From the human T2T-CHM13v2.0 reference genome, Homo sapiens: DNA of 64,000 bases. This document shows, in pieces, positions 33,073 to 45,907 of this stretch (positions within the stretch are counted from its first letter, which is position 1; every line of letters begins with the position of its first letter). A program made the position numbers and the translations under genes. The DNA lies in NCBI RefSeq assembly GCF_009914755.1, contig NC_060934.1; one strand, given 5' to 3'. The notes beneath the pieces were generated by a model that had not been told where the DNA came from, searched no databases, and saw only the letters and a list, made by a program, of their open reading frames with translations.

Positions 33073-33247
33073 TCAACGTCCGAAGATGGAACTCAGTTCC
33101 AGAAGAATTAATTCTACAATCTGATTCTGGTACACAGTATGAACTGCTATATTACCAGTCTCTTTTTCTGGTTTTAATAGAGTGGGACCAAAAACAATTG
33201 CTATACTCTGATAGGTCATTCGATTTTTCTCTCCATTTTCTATAACT
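33073..33247 (-). CDS. ARHGAP12: Terminal coding exon (RVIENGEKNRMTYQSIAIVFGPTLL...ELSSIFGR*)
   Basis: cccttcag|AGTTATA; NRM...IAIVFGPTLL RhoGAP motif; TGA at 33075-33073. Confidence 0.97.
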
Positions 33248-34063
33248 CTGAAGGGAAAAAAAGAAGTTGTTAAAAGAGAAAATAAGAGAGAGGGAAAATT
33301 CTTCAAATGGTATTATAAACCTAACAGTTTGCATTTTAAAAAGAGAAGTAATACTTATTTTCCTAAGGTGATGCATAAACTATTTAACCAAGTAGAATTC
33401 TGTCTAAATGCCATGTGAAGCTTTCTTTTTGATAAACACAGCTGAAAGATACAATTAAGCATACTCTAACAAACTTAAAATGTGTGATATTTTAGCTTAG
33501 TTTTTAAAATAGAACATTTAAGTATGAGTTACAATTCAGGTAACAGTGACTGCTCCATTAAGTTGATGGGAAAAAAATCTCATTAGGGTGTGGAGATTAA
33601 ACTTTCCATTTTACTCATTTTATGTAATTTCTTTAAAAAAAAAAAACTCTCTCTAGCTGGGATTTTTTGTTTTAGTATTCTAGTGTACTTTCTATCAGAT
33701 GAAAGAACTTGGTTATTAAAGTGGCTATGTAGTAACCTAGAACCATGACGGTAACTTAATACACCTCAATTAATATCCAATCTCATCTTCATATTAACCT
33801 TAGCAACAATTTCTGAACACCTACTATGTGCTAAGCATTACATAAATACTTCACATATAATACCTACTTTACTGTATTCTTCATAGCAAATCATTTACCC
33901 ATGACAGACTGATACTAAAAGGAGTTGAGTAACTTTTTCAAGTTACAAAGACAGCAAGTAGCATAGCTGGGATCCAAATCTGAGTCTGAGTGACCCTGGC
34001 CCCACAGGCCTTCCCGCTTCCCCTTGTGCTATACCACATCCCATGACTGGGCAGTCCTCCTAC

Positions 34064-34166
34064 CTTCTGAGATGTCGGAAAAGAATCTGCATTGTGTCTT
34101 GGTTTGGCTTTGGCAACTGTCTGATTAGGTCCTTAACAGCAGCGACTCGCTGTCTTGGTTCTTGCT
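34064..34166 (-). CDS. ARHGAP12: Coding exon, 103 nt, RhoGAP (KQEPRQRVAAVKDLIRQLPKPNQDTMQILFRHLR)
   Basis: ttttcag|AGCAAG...CTCAGAAG|gtagga. Confidence 0.96.
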
Positions 34167-34408
34167 CTGAAAAAAGATAATAACCAGATATTTTACAGCA
34201 AATTCTTATGAAACTGAAAGCAATGTCACAGTTTGGAAGCTGATATTTGGTAATACACAGTGACATCTGGTGGTCACATTTAAAATGTTTGGAGTAAAAC
34301 AATCTGTTGAAAATACTTGCTTAAAGTAAGATAAAAAAAATTGGGTGGCTTAATCTGTGCAAAGAATTTTCAATATCTAGAAAAAACTGAGTAGAATTAC
34401 ATACTTAC

Positions 34409-34543
34409 TAATTGCATTAACAAAATCATTAAAATGATTAAATGTAAAAAGAGGTTCTGGTAATTCTCGAAAAAACATTTTGAGGGCTCCAGTAATGACA
34501 TGAATATCTTCCCATTTACTGTCATTCAAGTCCAATTTCTCAT
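34409..34543 (-). CDS. ARHGAP12: Coding exon, 135 nt, RhoGAP ([45 protein letters not shown])
   Basis: ttttcag|ATGAGA...GCAATTA|gtaagt; [11 protein letters not shown] motif; lies inside ORF 34377..34568. Confidence 0.97.
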
Positions 34544-34644
34544 CTGAAAAACAGCAGGAATTGGACATTTTAAAAAATTACTTTAAGCCAGTTCAAAAAG
34601 TTATGAGTGATGCATCTGAATAACAACAGTAAATATAATCTTAC

Positions 34645-34722
34645 CATGATTGACTGCAAACCTTAGTTTCTGGATCACTGCGAGGTTGCCACTTACTCTG
34701 TATATCCCATCAATATCCAAAC
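34645..34722 (-). CDS. ARHGAP12: Coding exon, 78 nt, RhoGAP arginine finger (GLDIDGIYRVSGNLAVIQKLRFAVNH)
   Basis: ctcttag|GTTTGG...AATCATG|gtaaga; GIYRVSG catalytic motif with Arg codon at 34697-34699. Confidence 0.96.
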
Positions 34723-36063
34723 CTAAGAGACAATAATAATTTGTGTGTGTGTGTGTTTAAAGTACTTCTTTGCCTCTTCTGAACACGTTTGCATGTGTCA
34801 GAATTCCCACTCATTTGCATTAGCCTAAAATCAAATGGGCAAATATTCTTTTTCTCTAAATGGCTTCTGGTAGATGCTTGGCAGGGGAGAGAGATGGAGA
34901 TTCGCTCTGAATTCTGTTTAATAAACAGCAGTAATTCTACTCTGCTCATCATATAGACTGTGAATCAGCTCAAGGAAATGGTTTCATTAATCTTAAAACA
35001 CTAACAATTTCAAATTTCTGAAAACATCTGGGGATAATTCAAAATTAAAGGAAGTCAGCAGGTAAAATCAGCCCATGCATATTTTGCATACCATTTTATA
35101 ATGTAAATGCACATATTGTAAAAACTTTATTGAAGGCATCTGTCATATTAAGTGTTTGTAATAAGTAAACTTAATATAACCACTAAATTAATGGTTCTAT
35201 AAAAACAATACATAATTTGCTATAATTTATTATTTTCTTTTATATGTGAAACAGAATCATCTGAAATTCATACAATTAAGCCCCGAAATTTCAGGTATTC
35301 ATTAAATGATAATAATGTACAAATTTACTAAAGCACATTATTGAATGTACTATTCATTTAGCTTCAAATTAAGACAATAGTGTAGTATCCCTATTGCCAT
35401 GTTGACAAGAAGAGTCAGTGGGACAAGAGATCTGTAACTGGCAGAAATTACAAATTGAATTATGTGTTTTAATTGTACAAAATCTCTTTCATGATATACA
35501 GAGATAAGTTAATGTGATTACAATATACTAATGTATATAAAACTAGTATAAATATTATAGCTATGTTTAAATTAATCACAATAGAAATTAGTTTGTCCTA
35601 TTTTACAGAAAATGACATAAAAATTTTTATCTCGTGAGACATTTGTGGTTGACTTAACCATTTAAAATGTCATCTGATTTTTAGGACAGAAGAAACTTAG
35701 TAAGTAAACACAATCTCCTCGGATCTTATACATTGTCAAATTATTTCTTAAAAACAAGCTCAATTTCACAATCACTACCTTCTTCATTTTAAGCAAATGC
35801 TTAAATGAAATGGCATCAAAGAATAGCATATACTTAATTAACTGTGAGTACCAAACATTCAGCAGATGCCTGGAGAGATCTTAATTTGAAACAGGTGTAA
35901 ACATGTAAGTATTTGTAAACAAAATTATTTTCTTAACATCTTAGGACTATAAGGAACTTCTGTTTGCATCACTCAAAATCATAAAAATTCTAGGAATTTT
36001 GATGGCAAAACAAGAAGCTGGTTTGCTTAATGTTAAAAAAAAAAATCAAAATCCTTCTCTTAC

Positions 36064-36162
36064 CATGTTCTTCAACATGTTCAATACATAACTTCACAAA
36101 CTTTGGTACTGTGCCATTCTCTCTCTGACACAGATTAGCGAGATTGGATCCAAATACCTGAT
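36064..36162 (-). CDS. ARHGAP12: Coding exon, 99 nt, start of RhoGAP domain (DQVFGSNLANLCQRENGTVPKFVKLCIEHVEEH)
   Basis: ttttcag|ATCAGG...GAACATG|gtaaga; VFG..L and VP..V..CI RhoGAP motifs. Confidence 0.95.
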
Positions 36163-37077
36163 CTGAAAAAGATTTATTTTTAAAAAGTCAATCACCTTGC
36201 TGAAATTCAGTTCATGAAATGGCTAACCATTCAGAGTGCAACAGAAACATCCAGCGTAACCAAATATTGTTTAACATGGCCCTATGCCTTATGCAATATG
36301 CATCTTGCCTACTTCTTTTCACTTCAAACAATTCGTTTCCAAACTCATACAAACCCTTACTCACTCTTGCCTGAAAATTCTTTGTACTTTCTACTGCTTT
36401 TGCAGAAAGCAATTTTCTACCCAATTTGGCTCCTTCTTATCACTCCTGGTCTCAGCTAAAATGTCACCTACTTTAATAACCCCTCTGACCATCCTTACCT
36501 AAGAGAACCCAGTTCTAGACACATTCTATTTTATTACTGTGTTAGATTCACAGCATTTGTTACTATTTCACATTATCTTGTCTACTTCCTACTTGAGTAT
36601 AAGTTTCATGAGGGCGAGGACCAAGGACCATGTAGTTCCTGAACACCAACAGGTATTCATAGCACCTAGGCTTGTGCCTGGCACTTAGTAAATACTTGAT
36701 TATTTTAAAAACTATTAAAATAAGCATATGTCCGTCCATCACGTACCAACATTTGATTTCACAAAATACATTTCAAATACTCTTCTATTGATCTTTCAAC
36801 CCAACAGTTTTGAAATTCCATATTAGTGGTAAATGTTCAGGAAAACAAACAATTTGAAGTGATGAATAAGGACATAAAGTGACAACAGTTTATATTTCTC
36901 AGGGAAAAGGCCTGGTGAACAAATTAGCAACAGTTTCTATTCACTTATTTGCCAGGCTTTTTTTTTTTTTTTTAAGTTTTTAAAGACTCTGAACTCATCA
37001 TACAAATTCAAATGCTTTATTGGAGAGTACCTAATTTGAATTAATCAGCTAGTCTCTTCCTAGAAGTCTTAAATACC

Positions 37078-37373
37078 TTTTTTATTTTATTTTATTTTAT
37101 TTTTTTTAAGACAGTCTTTCTCTGTCACCCAGGCTGGAGGACAGTGGTGCAATCATAGCTGCACTGCAGCCTCTAATTCCTGTGTTCAATCGATCCTCCC
37201 ACTCAGCCTCCTAAGTAGCTAGGACTACAGGTGTGTGCCACCACACCCAACTAATTCTTTGTAGAGAGAGGGTCTCTCTATGTTACCCAATCTGGTCTTG
37301 AGTTTCTGGACTCAAGCAATCCTCCTGCCTCCCAAAGTGGGGGGTTTACAGATGTGAGCCACTGCACCTGGCC
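37078..37373 (-). mobile_element. AluJ-like, intronic, sense to the transcript
   Basis: TSD ttaaatacctt. Confidence 0.9.
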
Positions 37374-38125
37374 TTAAATACCTTCTTAATAAAACTGGCT
37401 TGCGTGTTTTAATGCAGATGCTTCACAAATAGATGGTCTTTGTTAGAAATTTCATAATAATCAGAGACAGAGATATACATTATAGACTATATTATCTTTA
37501 CTTTTATTTTTATTTACAAATAAATGCCATTGTTTTAAGTCAGGTATTAGAAAATTTTACCTTTGGAATTAAACACGCTCGTAAGAACTACATACACAAG
37601 TAATGTGATTTTTTTAAAGAATATTTTCCTATAAAAAAAAGATTGTTAGTCCATTATAGTGCTTATAAATGAAATAACAAGCAAATAAATTAGTTAGAAA
37701 AAAACACCTTATGCTAATTTTTCAGTTACCTTAAATGACAGCCAAGGGTAAAAATTATTTGTTCATTTTTCTTTCTATTGTTAGTGATATTCAAAATTTC
37801 TTATTTATTGTGATCTTTGCATCTCAAAACTAAACTTTTCATTGTCACAATTTCTAAAAGTCTGCCACCCATCACATCCATGTAGTTCCTCTGAAACAGG
37901 CTTTCTAAAAGTTTAGTGTGTTATTTATGTCTGTCCACTACTTTAGTTAAAATAAACTTTCAAAAAAACTATTTTAATTACTTAATGTCTTTTAATCACT
38001 GTACTTGAATACATGAATAAAGAATAATATTCTTACTGTTTGAAAATGTTTGTTTTTAATTTGAAACATTTTATTTATGACGTAGGCCAACATTCATTAT
38101 TATCAACAATACTTCTCCTACCAAC

Positions 38126-38242
38126 CTTTAATATAACCTTTTTCACGAACAGCTTGCAAAGTGGGGCGTCGTGTAAGAAACTTCTTTAAGTTTTTCTTGG
38201 TTTTTTTCTGTTCTGAAGAATCTATGCTAGATACTTTAAAGG
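38126..38242 (-). CDS. ARHGAP12: Coding exon, 117 nt (SFKVSSIDSSEQKKTKKNLKKFLTRRPTLQAVREKGYIK)
   Basis: gtcttaag|CCTTTA...ATTAAAG|gttggt; RRPTLQAVREKGYI motif typical of ARHGAP9/12/15/27. Confidence 0.95.
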
Positions 38243-39679
38243 CTTAAGACAAAAAGACAGGTAATGAGCATTTGTAAAAATAAAGTTTTTTTGATACAAG
38301 TTTTTCCAGCTAGCATGCAAAACACATTAACCTCATATGTCAAGATCATAGTACAATTCAGTTATTTTAACTTTAATGTGGTTTAAGGACAAGATGTGAA
38401 GAATTACATTAACACAGACCCCATTTCAAAGTTATAAACCAAACAAAACATTTCATTTTTATCACTAAAAACAGATGACAACTGTACCTTCTATGGTATA
38501 TCTGCCAAGACATCCCTAATTTACTCTAACATATTCTTTATTTCATAAATGATTAACTACTTATCTTTATTGATTCTCCATCAGTTTTAGAAGGTAAAAT
38601 AACCACCAAAAAGTAAAAATACATAAAATACACAACAAAACAATCCCTATCTTCATTGAATAAGAAAACTGGATATACACACAAATATATAGAGATATAA
38701 ATATAGACATATAACCATCATAACTATTATACTTGTATTTTAAGCTAACTTTCATCATAATTATTTGTACTCTAAGCTACAAATGGGACTACATGGAAAA
38801 TGTCCTCCATTGCCTTTAGTCTTGATTTTTCTGTTATAGTAACAAAAATTCAAAAGGTATATTTCTTGAAAATAATTCTATTTGGGGGAAGTTGAGAGCA
38901 TGAAGAATCTATAATATAGAATAAAAAATAATCACTTTTTATGTTAAATTGCTACCTGTTGACAATGTCAGTAATAGGCCTAAAGTTCATTAGAAATACA
39001 GAAAAGTAGTACTGATTTTCTAATCATTCAGTTAATATGAAGGCCAAAAAGTTCTCAGTTAAACATGTGGATTTGTTAAAATAGACTGAACAAAGTACCA
39101 AGTCACAAAGCTAACGGCCTATTTAAGCAATGTAATTCATAAGGGGCCAACATTAGAAAATGCTTTTCTTAAAGCTGCTGGCTTTTGCTATGCTCCTTTC
39201 TGTAGTAAGATCTGGAGATAGAAACGCTTGCATCTGTTTACATGCACAGACACATCCTAGTCCAGAGATGGATGCCTGGTGTCCAGTAGGAAATTATGGT
39301 ACATATTCCATGACTTTTGACTTCTTAAAAAGTATAAGATTCTATGTAGAATCTTAAACAGTAAGTATATATTTTTAAATCAATGAAGTTCAGCTTCCTA
39401 GAGGCCTCAACAGAAATGCACTATACTTCTTCTCTGAAAGTAGCACAATACCTTAAAATTAATGTGATGCCACAGGATGCATACTATGAGGCTGAAAAAC
39501 GACAATAATGAGTTAACAAGAAGAAAGAGCGCTGACACACTGAGACTGCACTTGGTTAACTGCACAGCCTTTTTGTAACATTGGACATTCCATTCAGCTT
39601 TTATATATGTATTTAAAACCTTCAAAAAGCTAAGAGAACAAGCACAAATCCTTAGCAAAATAGGGAAAGGACAACTTAC

Positions 39680-39782
39680 AACGAAGCTTTTTGGGATCCT
39701 TTTGTTCCTTTTCTTTATCATGCTTTTCTATTCCTGGTGAATCCGGTATCTCCTCTTCAATTCCTTCATCAGTTTCTACTGC
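39680..39782 (-). CDS. ARHGAP12: Coding exon, 103 nt, linker (AVETDEGIEEEIPDSPGIEKHDKEKEQKDPKKLR)
   Basis: ccaatag|GCAGTA...CTTCGTT|gtaagt; phase 0 to 1. Confidence 0.93.
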
Positions 39783-40252
39783 CTATTGGTTAGATATTTC
39801 CCAAACACATATTACACTTCTAGTATTACTATAGTTGGAATGGCATAATTCTCACAATGACTATTGTAAATGACTCTTCCAAACAATTTTAGGAAACCAA
39901 TTAGTATACAGTATGTATGACTTAGATATTTGATAAATACTTTTTTTCTCCCTAGATGGCATCAATTTTGATTTTTTTAAAAAAGAAATTGTTGCTGAAA
40001 ATTCACAGGATAATGGGTTAGTTTACACTGATGATGAGGCTATCTTGCCTCATTTTAATCAACTGTATATTAGTGACACTAACAGTTAAAAGGTTAAGGC
40101 TATAATCTATGGTGAAAAACACAATAGAGCTACATTCTCTGACAACAGTATAAGACTTCTACACATGGACCTGACAAGAGTATTACCCTGTAACAACAGG
40201 ACAAGACTCATACTTCAGATTCACGGTTGTCAACGGAAAGAAATCCTAGAGC

Positions 40253-40575
40253 GGCCAGGCGTGGTGGCTCACACCTGTAATCCCAGCAAAGACTTTGGGA
40301 GGCCAAGGCAGGCGAATCACCTGAGGTTATGAGATTGAGACCAGCCTGGCCAACATCATGAAACCCCCTGCCTCTACTAAAAATACAAAAATTAGCCGGG
40401 CATGGTGGCACACGCCTGTAGTCCCAGCTACTTGGGAGGCTGAGGCAGGAGAATCGGCGTGAACCTGGGAGGCAGAGGTTGCAGTGAGCCAAGATCGCGC
40501 CATTGCAGTCTAGCCTGGGTGAGAAAGTAAGACTCTGTCTCAAAAAAAAAAAAAAAGAAAGAAAGAAAAAAAAGA
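40253..40575 (+). mobile_element. AluS
   Basis: 16-nt TSD aaagaaatcctagagc at 40237-40252 and 40576-40591. Confidence 0.92.
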
Positions 40576-41286
40576 AAAGAAATCCTAGAGCTCATCTATA
40601 ACTAAGGTCGCTTGTACAGATTAAAGAATGACTGAGTTCTCAAAGCTAAAAACCTTTGCTCTGCCTTCACATGGAGATCTTTACTCCACCTGGAATTTAT
40701 TTTTGTGGATGGTTTAAGGAAGGGTTCCAGTTTTTTCTTGGATTCCCAGCTGCACCAGCACCATCTGCTTCCTCTACAGTGCTCTATCTGGCACAAAGTG
40801 TCCACAGGTACGTGAGTCTGTTTCTAGGTTCTTTATTCTGTTTCACAGGTATGTATGCTTATCCCTGCACAGATACCATACTTTATTAATGAATATGACT
40901 TTTTAAAGACTTGACATATGATGGTGCAAGTCCTTTTACTTTCTTCTTCAAGAGTGTCTTAGGTATTCTTAGTTTTTTGCATTTCTATATAAATTTTAGA
41001 ATAAGCTTGTCAAGTTCTACCAGAAAAACTACTGGGATTTTAAATGAGATTCAAAAATCTCGAATCTGTAAGTCATTGGAAGAAAATTATATCTTTACAT
41101 TATTGAATCTTTAAATGCATTAACAGAATATACTTCTCATTTAATTAGGTTTTATTCAGTGTCTCTCAATAAAGAGTTGTAATTTTCCCTGCAAAGTTCT
41201 TGCACCTCTTGCTACATTTAGTCCTTGGTTATCTTCTGACACTTTGGAAACAGTATGTATTTTAAAATTTCTTAATCAAAAATATA

Positions 41287-41637
<351 letters not shown>

Positions 41638-42486
41638 CATCTCTCTTCACTTGGCTTATTCCCTGAGCCTGTAGGTCTCAATTAAAAAACAAAACAAAAC
41701 AAAAATCCACTTTTTCTGCAAGGCCTTCCCTAACTAATACACTAGGTTTGCCCCTACTTAATTGGTGTTTTTACAGAATGCTGTACCCCCCTACCATCGT
41801 AACACTCATCACATTTCATTTTATTAACTGTTATCTGTCTTGAATAATCATCTGTCTGTGGCTATAATCTCAGCCTAGGAAAGTGCAGTATCTGACTGTG
41901 TGCTGCTATGTCCCCAATGCATAAGGCATTCACATATTTGTTAAATGAATGCATGCATACTTGCTTTCAAGAGACAGTGAACAGACTACTGTGACTAGAG
42001 CTGAAAGTCCATATTGGGTAAAATAGAAGGTGCATTTTGAAAAGACAGATTGGGCCTACACCGTTGAATTTTAATGAATCACAGCAAGTTTCTGAGCAGT
42101 AGGGGATTAGAAAATTGACATTAGGAAGTTTCATATGGCAATGGCATTAAGGATGAATCAGTGATAGGTAAGATTAAATAAGGAAAAAACTGTTTAGGAG
42201 GTTACTCTTATCTTGGTATTAAGATATAAAGGCCTGCCCTCATGGTTTCAGGAATAAACGGAAAAGAAAGGACAAGATTCAGAAATATCATGCAATATTA
42301 CAAACTACAAAGGAAGAATTTATATATAGCTTCATAACTAATTTGCTAGAAGAGGCAAAGTTCTCTTTTATTTCCTATCAGTAGTATCTTTCATTTCTGT
42401 CATTAATATAATATGATCCTCAATGAAGAGCCATGTCCCCATATGGTGAAAGGTGAAAAGGAGAATACAGAGTATAAAAAAGTGCA

Positions 42487-42639
42487 AGCCAGGCACAGTG
42501 GAGCACACTTGTAGTCCCAGCTACTTGGGAGGCTGAATGGGAGGATTGCTGGAGCCCAGGAGTTCAAGGCTGCAGTGAGCTATGACTGTGCCACTGCTCC
42601 AGCCTGGGTGATGGCGAGACTCTGTTTCAAAAAAAAAAA
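42487..42639 (+). mobile_element. FRAM / Alu right monomer
   Basis: Single right arm with A tail. Confidence 0.8.
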
Positions 42640-43209
42640 GTACAGCTCCCAGCTGCTTACTAACGTTCTTACTAACATACCTGCAGAATATAAACCCAGG
42701 ATTATTTTTGGTTGTTGTATATAAAGAAGAAGAAATATACTAGGAACACAAGGGTACTGAACAGCTTGGAGGGGAGAGGCGGAAAAACTAGAGAACTGTC
42801 ACTAGAAAAGAAAAAGTGCTAATGAAGAGACTACAGCTTCTTTCATTTCATAAGCTCGCCTCAGACTTCTTCCACCAAATAGTATTATTTCCAACTCATT
42901 CAGTTATTGAATAAATACTATGTAGTAAGCACCATTTACCCCTTCTTTTTGAACTATTTCTTTTCAGCCAATGCCTGATGTGAACATTATTTCAAATCCA
43001 CTGGTAGCAAACATCACATAAGTGAGAATGTTAAATCATTCACCAGCCCTGGGGGGCTGCTAAATTGATCATTGTTTTTTCCATCTCTGTCAAACATATA
43101 TAAAGTGCCTTTTCACATATAGATTGCAATCCGGATATCCAATAAGCAATTAAAAAAAAAAAAGAAAAACAGCTCTGAAGTAAAAATTTTACCTAAGTCA
43201 ACGACATAC

Positions 43210-43308
43210 CTGATTATTGATTGTACTACTAAGAACTTTAAACCAATCATTAATAACAGTGTCATTGTCAGACTGAATTAGCAGTTCTGTTCCTTGACGA
43301 GTTTTCAG
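43210..43308 (-). CDS. ARHGAP12: Coding exon, 99 nt, PH C-terminal helix (LKTRQGTELLIQSDNDTVINDWFKVLSSTINNQ)
   Basis: ctctaaag|CTGAAA...AATCAG|gtatgt; conserved PH tryptophan in NDWF. Confidence 0.95.
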
Positions 43309-44844
43309 CTTTAGAGAAAAGCAGGGAGAAAAAAGAGTATGGTCGGTTTGTGCTTTCAGCAAAATACATGAATACCTTTAATTCAAAGTTAACAAAACCA
43401 CCAAGAGTAGCTGCCATATATTATGTAACAATGATGCAAGGTTAAAGGACTACACGGCTATGGAATACCTTTTTGGTTTACAATAATATCAGTTGAATAA
43501 AAAAACATAAAGTTGTTTCTCATAAATTCTCACAAAAATCTAATAATTTAGGATCCCAAACACCATCACACAAATGCCATAAAACCTGCTGAAACTAGTA
43601 CGTTTATCACTTAAAAATCTGTTCAAGTATCAAAGTGGTGCATTCTAAATTAGGATAAAGAAATAAAATCTATGACATTTTTACACAACCTGAGAAATTT
43701 TTTTCTGTCTCTCTGGCTAAAAAATACAGAAGAAAGAATACATAAAGACTTTCAATATTTCCTACTTTGTAGGTAAATATAATGGCTTAGTACAAAGAGC
43801 AGGCATAAATGTCACACCCCTTTTGGGCGGAAGTATTACTAAATTAAGTGTCAGATCATGAGCTGAAGTAAGAATACTATGTTTATTCTATATGAAGGCA
43901 ATAACTAATTTATGTACAATCTCTGTTTTGCAGTTTCTTAAACTTAAGTGAGGAAGAATTTTGACACATTTGTGGAAAGCACTCCTCCCATTTTCCGATT
44001 AAAAACTGATTTTTTTTCCTAGAGGAAGATATGGCAATGCTTCCCAAACATTCTGAAAAACATAGTCCTCAAACATAGTTTCACAAATAATGTTTTAAAA
44101 AGGTACCCTCAAAAAATAAATTTTTGAAAAAGGTATATAATATTAACTTGGAAAATACTGGATTGAAGAAAATATAACTAGATTCTCTCCTTCAAGATGT
44201 CATAGGCTTTTGATATTCTAGGGTGCACTGTGATTTTCTAAGATAGGAATAAAATATACACTGCTTCCCAAATTTATTTGACCATGAAACCATTTTTATT
44301 CTTGATTTACCTTTTGAAACTACAAGGCTAATTCAGGAAACAGTGACTTCTTTCATGCACTTTTCTAGTGTTGGTCAAGCCAGTTTACCAATATTGAATG
44401 TTTACTGCACATAAGATACTCTGCTCTGTTATAGGTTCTTATTTAAAGGAAAAACATAGTCTCTTTACTTAAGGGAAAAACAAAAAAATTGTAATTATCT
44501 AATGAGAGAAATAATTGACAAATGATAACCCAAGTACACTAAATATTATTTTTAAATAAATATTTATTATTATAAATAAAGAAGTAGCCTCATTGTTATG
44601 GTGATGCTTGTCATGAGTCTTGGAAGAAAGGGAGCATTTGGCACGGAGAGATTGGCATGGGTTGGTGCTCGAGGCAGAACAATAAAGAGTAAAAATCAGA
44701 CAAACCAGAAAACCTGGGCTCCACTTGGAAAACAGCAATTAAACCAATCTGTCTACACAACACAACAGGAAAGCCCTGAGACATGAGACTACAAAAAGAG
44801 GTTGGGATCTGGAAGGCTGTCCACAAAATCAGTCTTGGATCTCT

Positions 44845-45326
44845 GTAACCACACCCTTCTGGAATGGGACAGATAATGCTGCTCTTCTGTCAATAGGCTG
44901 CCTCTCTTCCCACAACTCTGAATACTTGGCTAGTCTCCTGAACAGTCTTAACCAATGAATACTCTGAAAGTAATGTGTGACTTCCAAATCTAGGCCCTGA
45001 GAAGCCCTGCAGGTTCCACCCTCACCCTCTTGGAATCCTGAGGCCGTCACTTGATGCAGCCTGGGGTAGCTCCCTTGAGAATGAAAGATCTTGCGGACAA
45101 GGAGGCCTAGCCAACAGCTGGCACCAATACTAGCCATGAGGTCACTTGAGACCATCCAGTTCCAATCAAGCCACTAGACGACTGAAGCCTCATGAATAGT
45201 CCTAAGTGAGATTAGAAGAAAAATCACCCAGCTCAGCCCAGGCCAGGCTGAGCAAACAAAATGGTTCTTTTGTTAAACCACTAAGTTTTGAGGTGGTCTC
45301 TTATGCAGCAATAAGTAACTAATACA
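44845..45326 (+). mobile_element. MLT1-type MaLR solo LTR
   Basis: Ends AAACCACTAAGTTTTGAGGTGG...GCAGCAATAAGTAACTAATACA. Confidence 0.75.
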
Positions 45327-45805
45327 GATCATATATTACTGGGGAGGGTTTTAAAAGATAAAATGGAAAGGTTTAAAAAAAAAAAAGGCCTTTATTTTTT
45401 AGACCAGGTTTTGGTTCCAGCAAAATTGAGAAGAAGATATAGAGATATCCCATACACCCCCTGCCCACCCCCACACACAGCCTCCCCATTATCAACATTC
45501 CCCTTAATTTACTTTTTAATATTAGATTTGGTAAGTAAAGGGAACCACATCCTTTTTATTATTGCTGGCAAAAGATAGGATTTGTGAAACAAAGGCTTGT
45601 AATATACAGTCTGAGTTCAAACAACTTATGCAAATAAAGCCAGTTTTTACACCAGTTTTTTCTTAAATTACAATACCATCTAACTTAATCACCAACTTTG
45701 CCTTAACTAGTCACAATGAAAGACTATTTCCCAAAATAGCTCAAAAAACAGAACATCCAATTACTACAGTTTAGAATGTGTTATACTTAGAAAAAAATGT
45801 ATTAC

Positions 45806-45907
45806 CTCAAATACATTCTTTTTGCTGGATTTATCCTTTGAAGCCATCTCAATTGTTGCCCCCTTGAGGTCCACTGTGAACTCTGGTTTGGACTGATTAC
45901 TGCCAAA
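45806..45907 (-). CDS. ARHGAP12: Coding exon, 102 nt, PH domain (FGSNQSKPEFTVDLKGATIEMASKDKSSKKNVFE)
   Basis: atgaag|TTTGGC...TTTGAG|gtaata; phase 0 to 0. Confidence 0.95.

Noticed and set aside
33248-33306. N-terminal extensions of track ORFs overlapping ARHGAP12 exons (also 34167-34302 and 34544-34568)
   Set aside because: They are intronic read-through upstream of clear AG acceptors.
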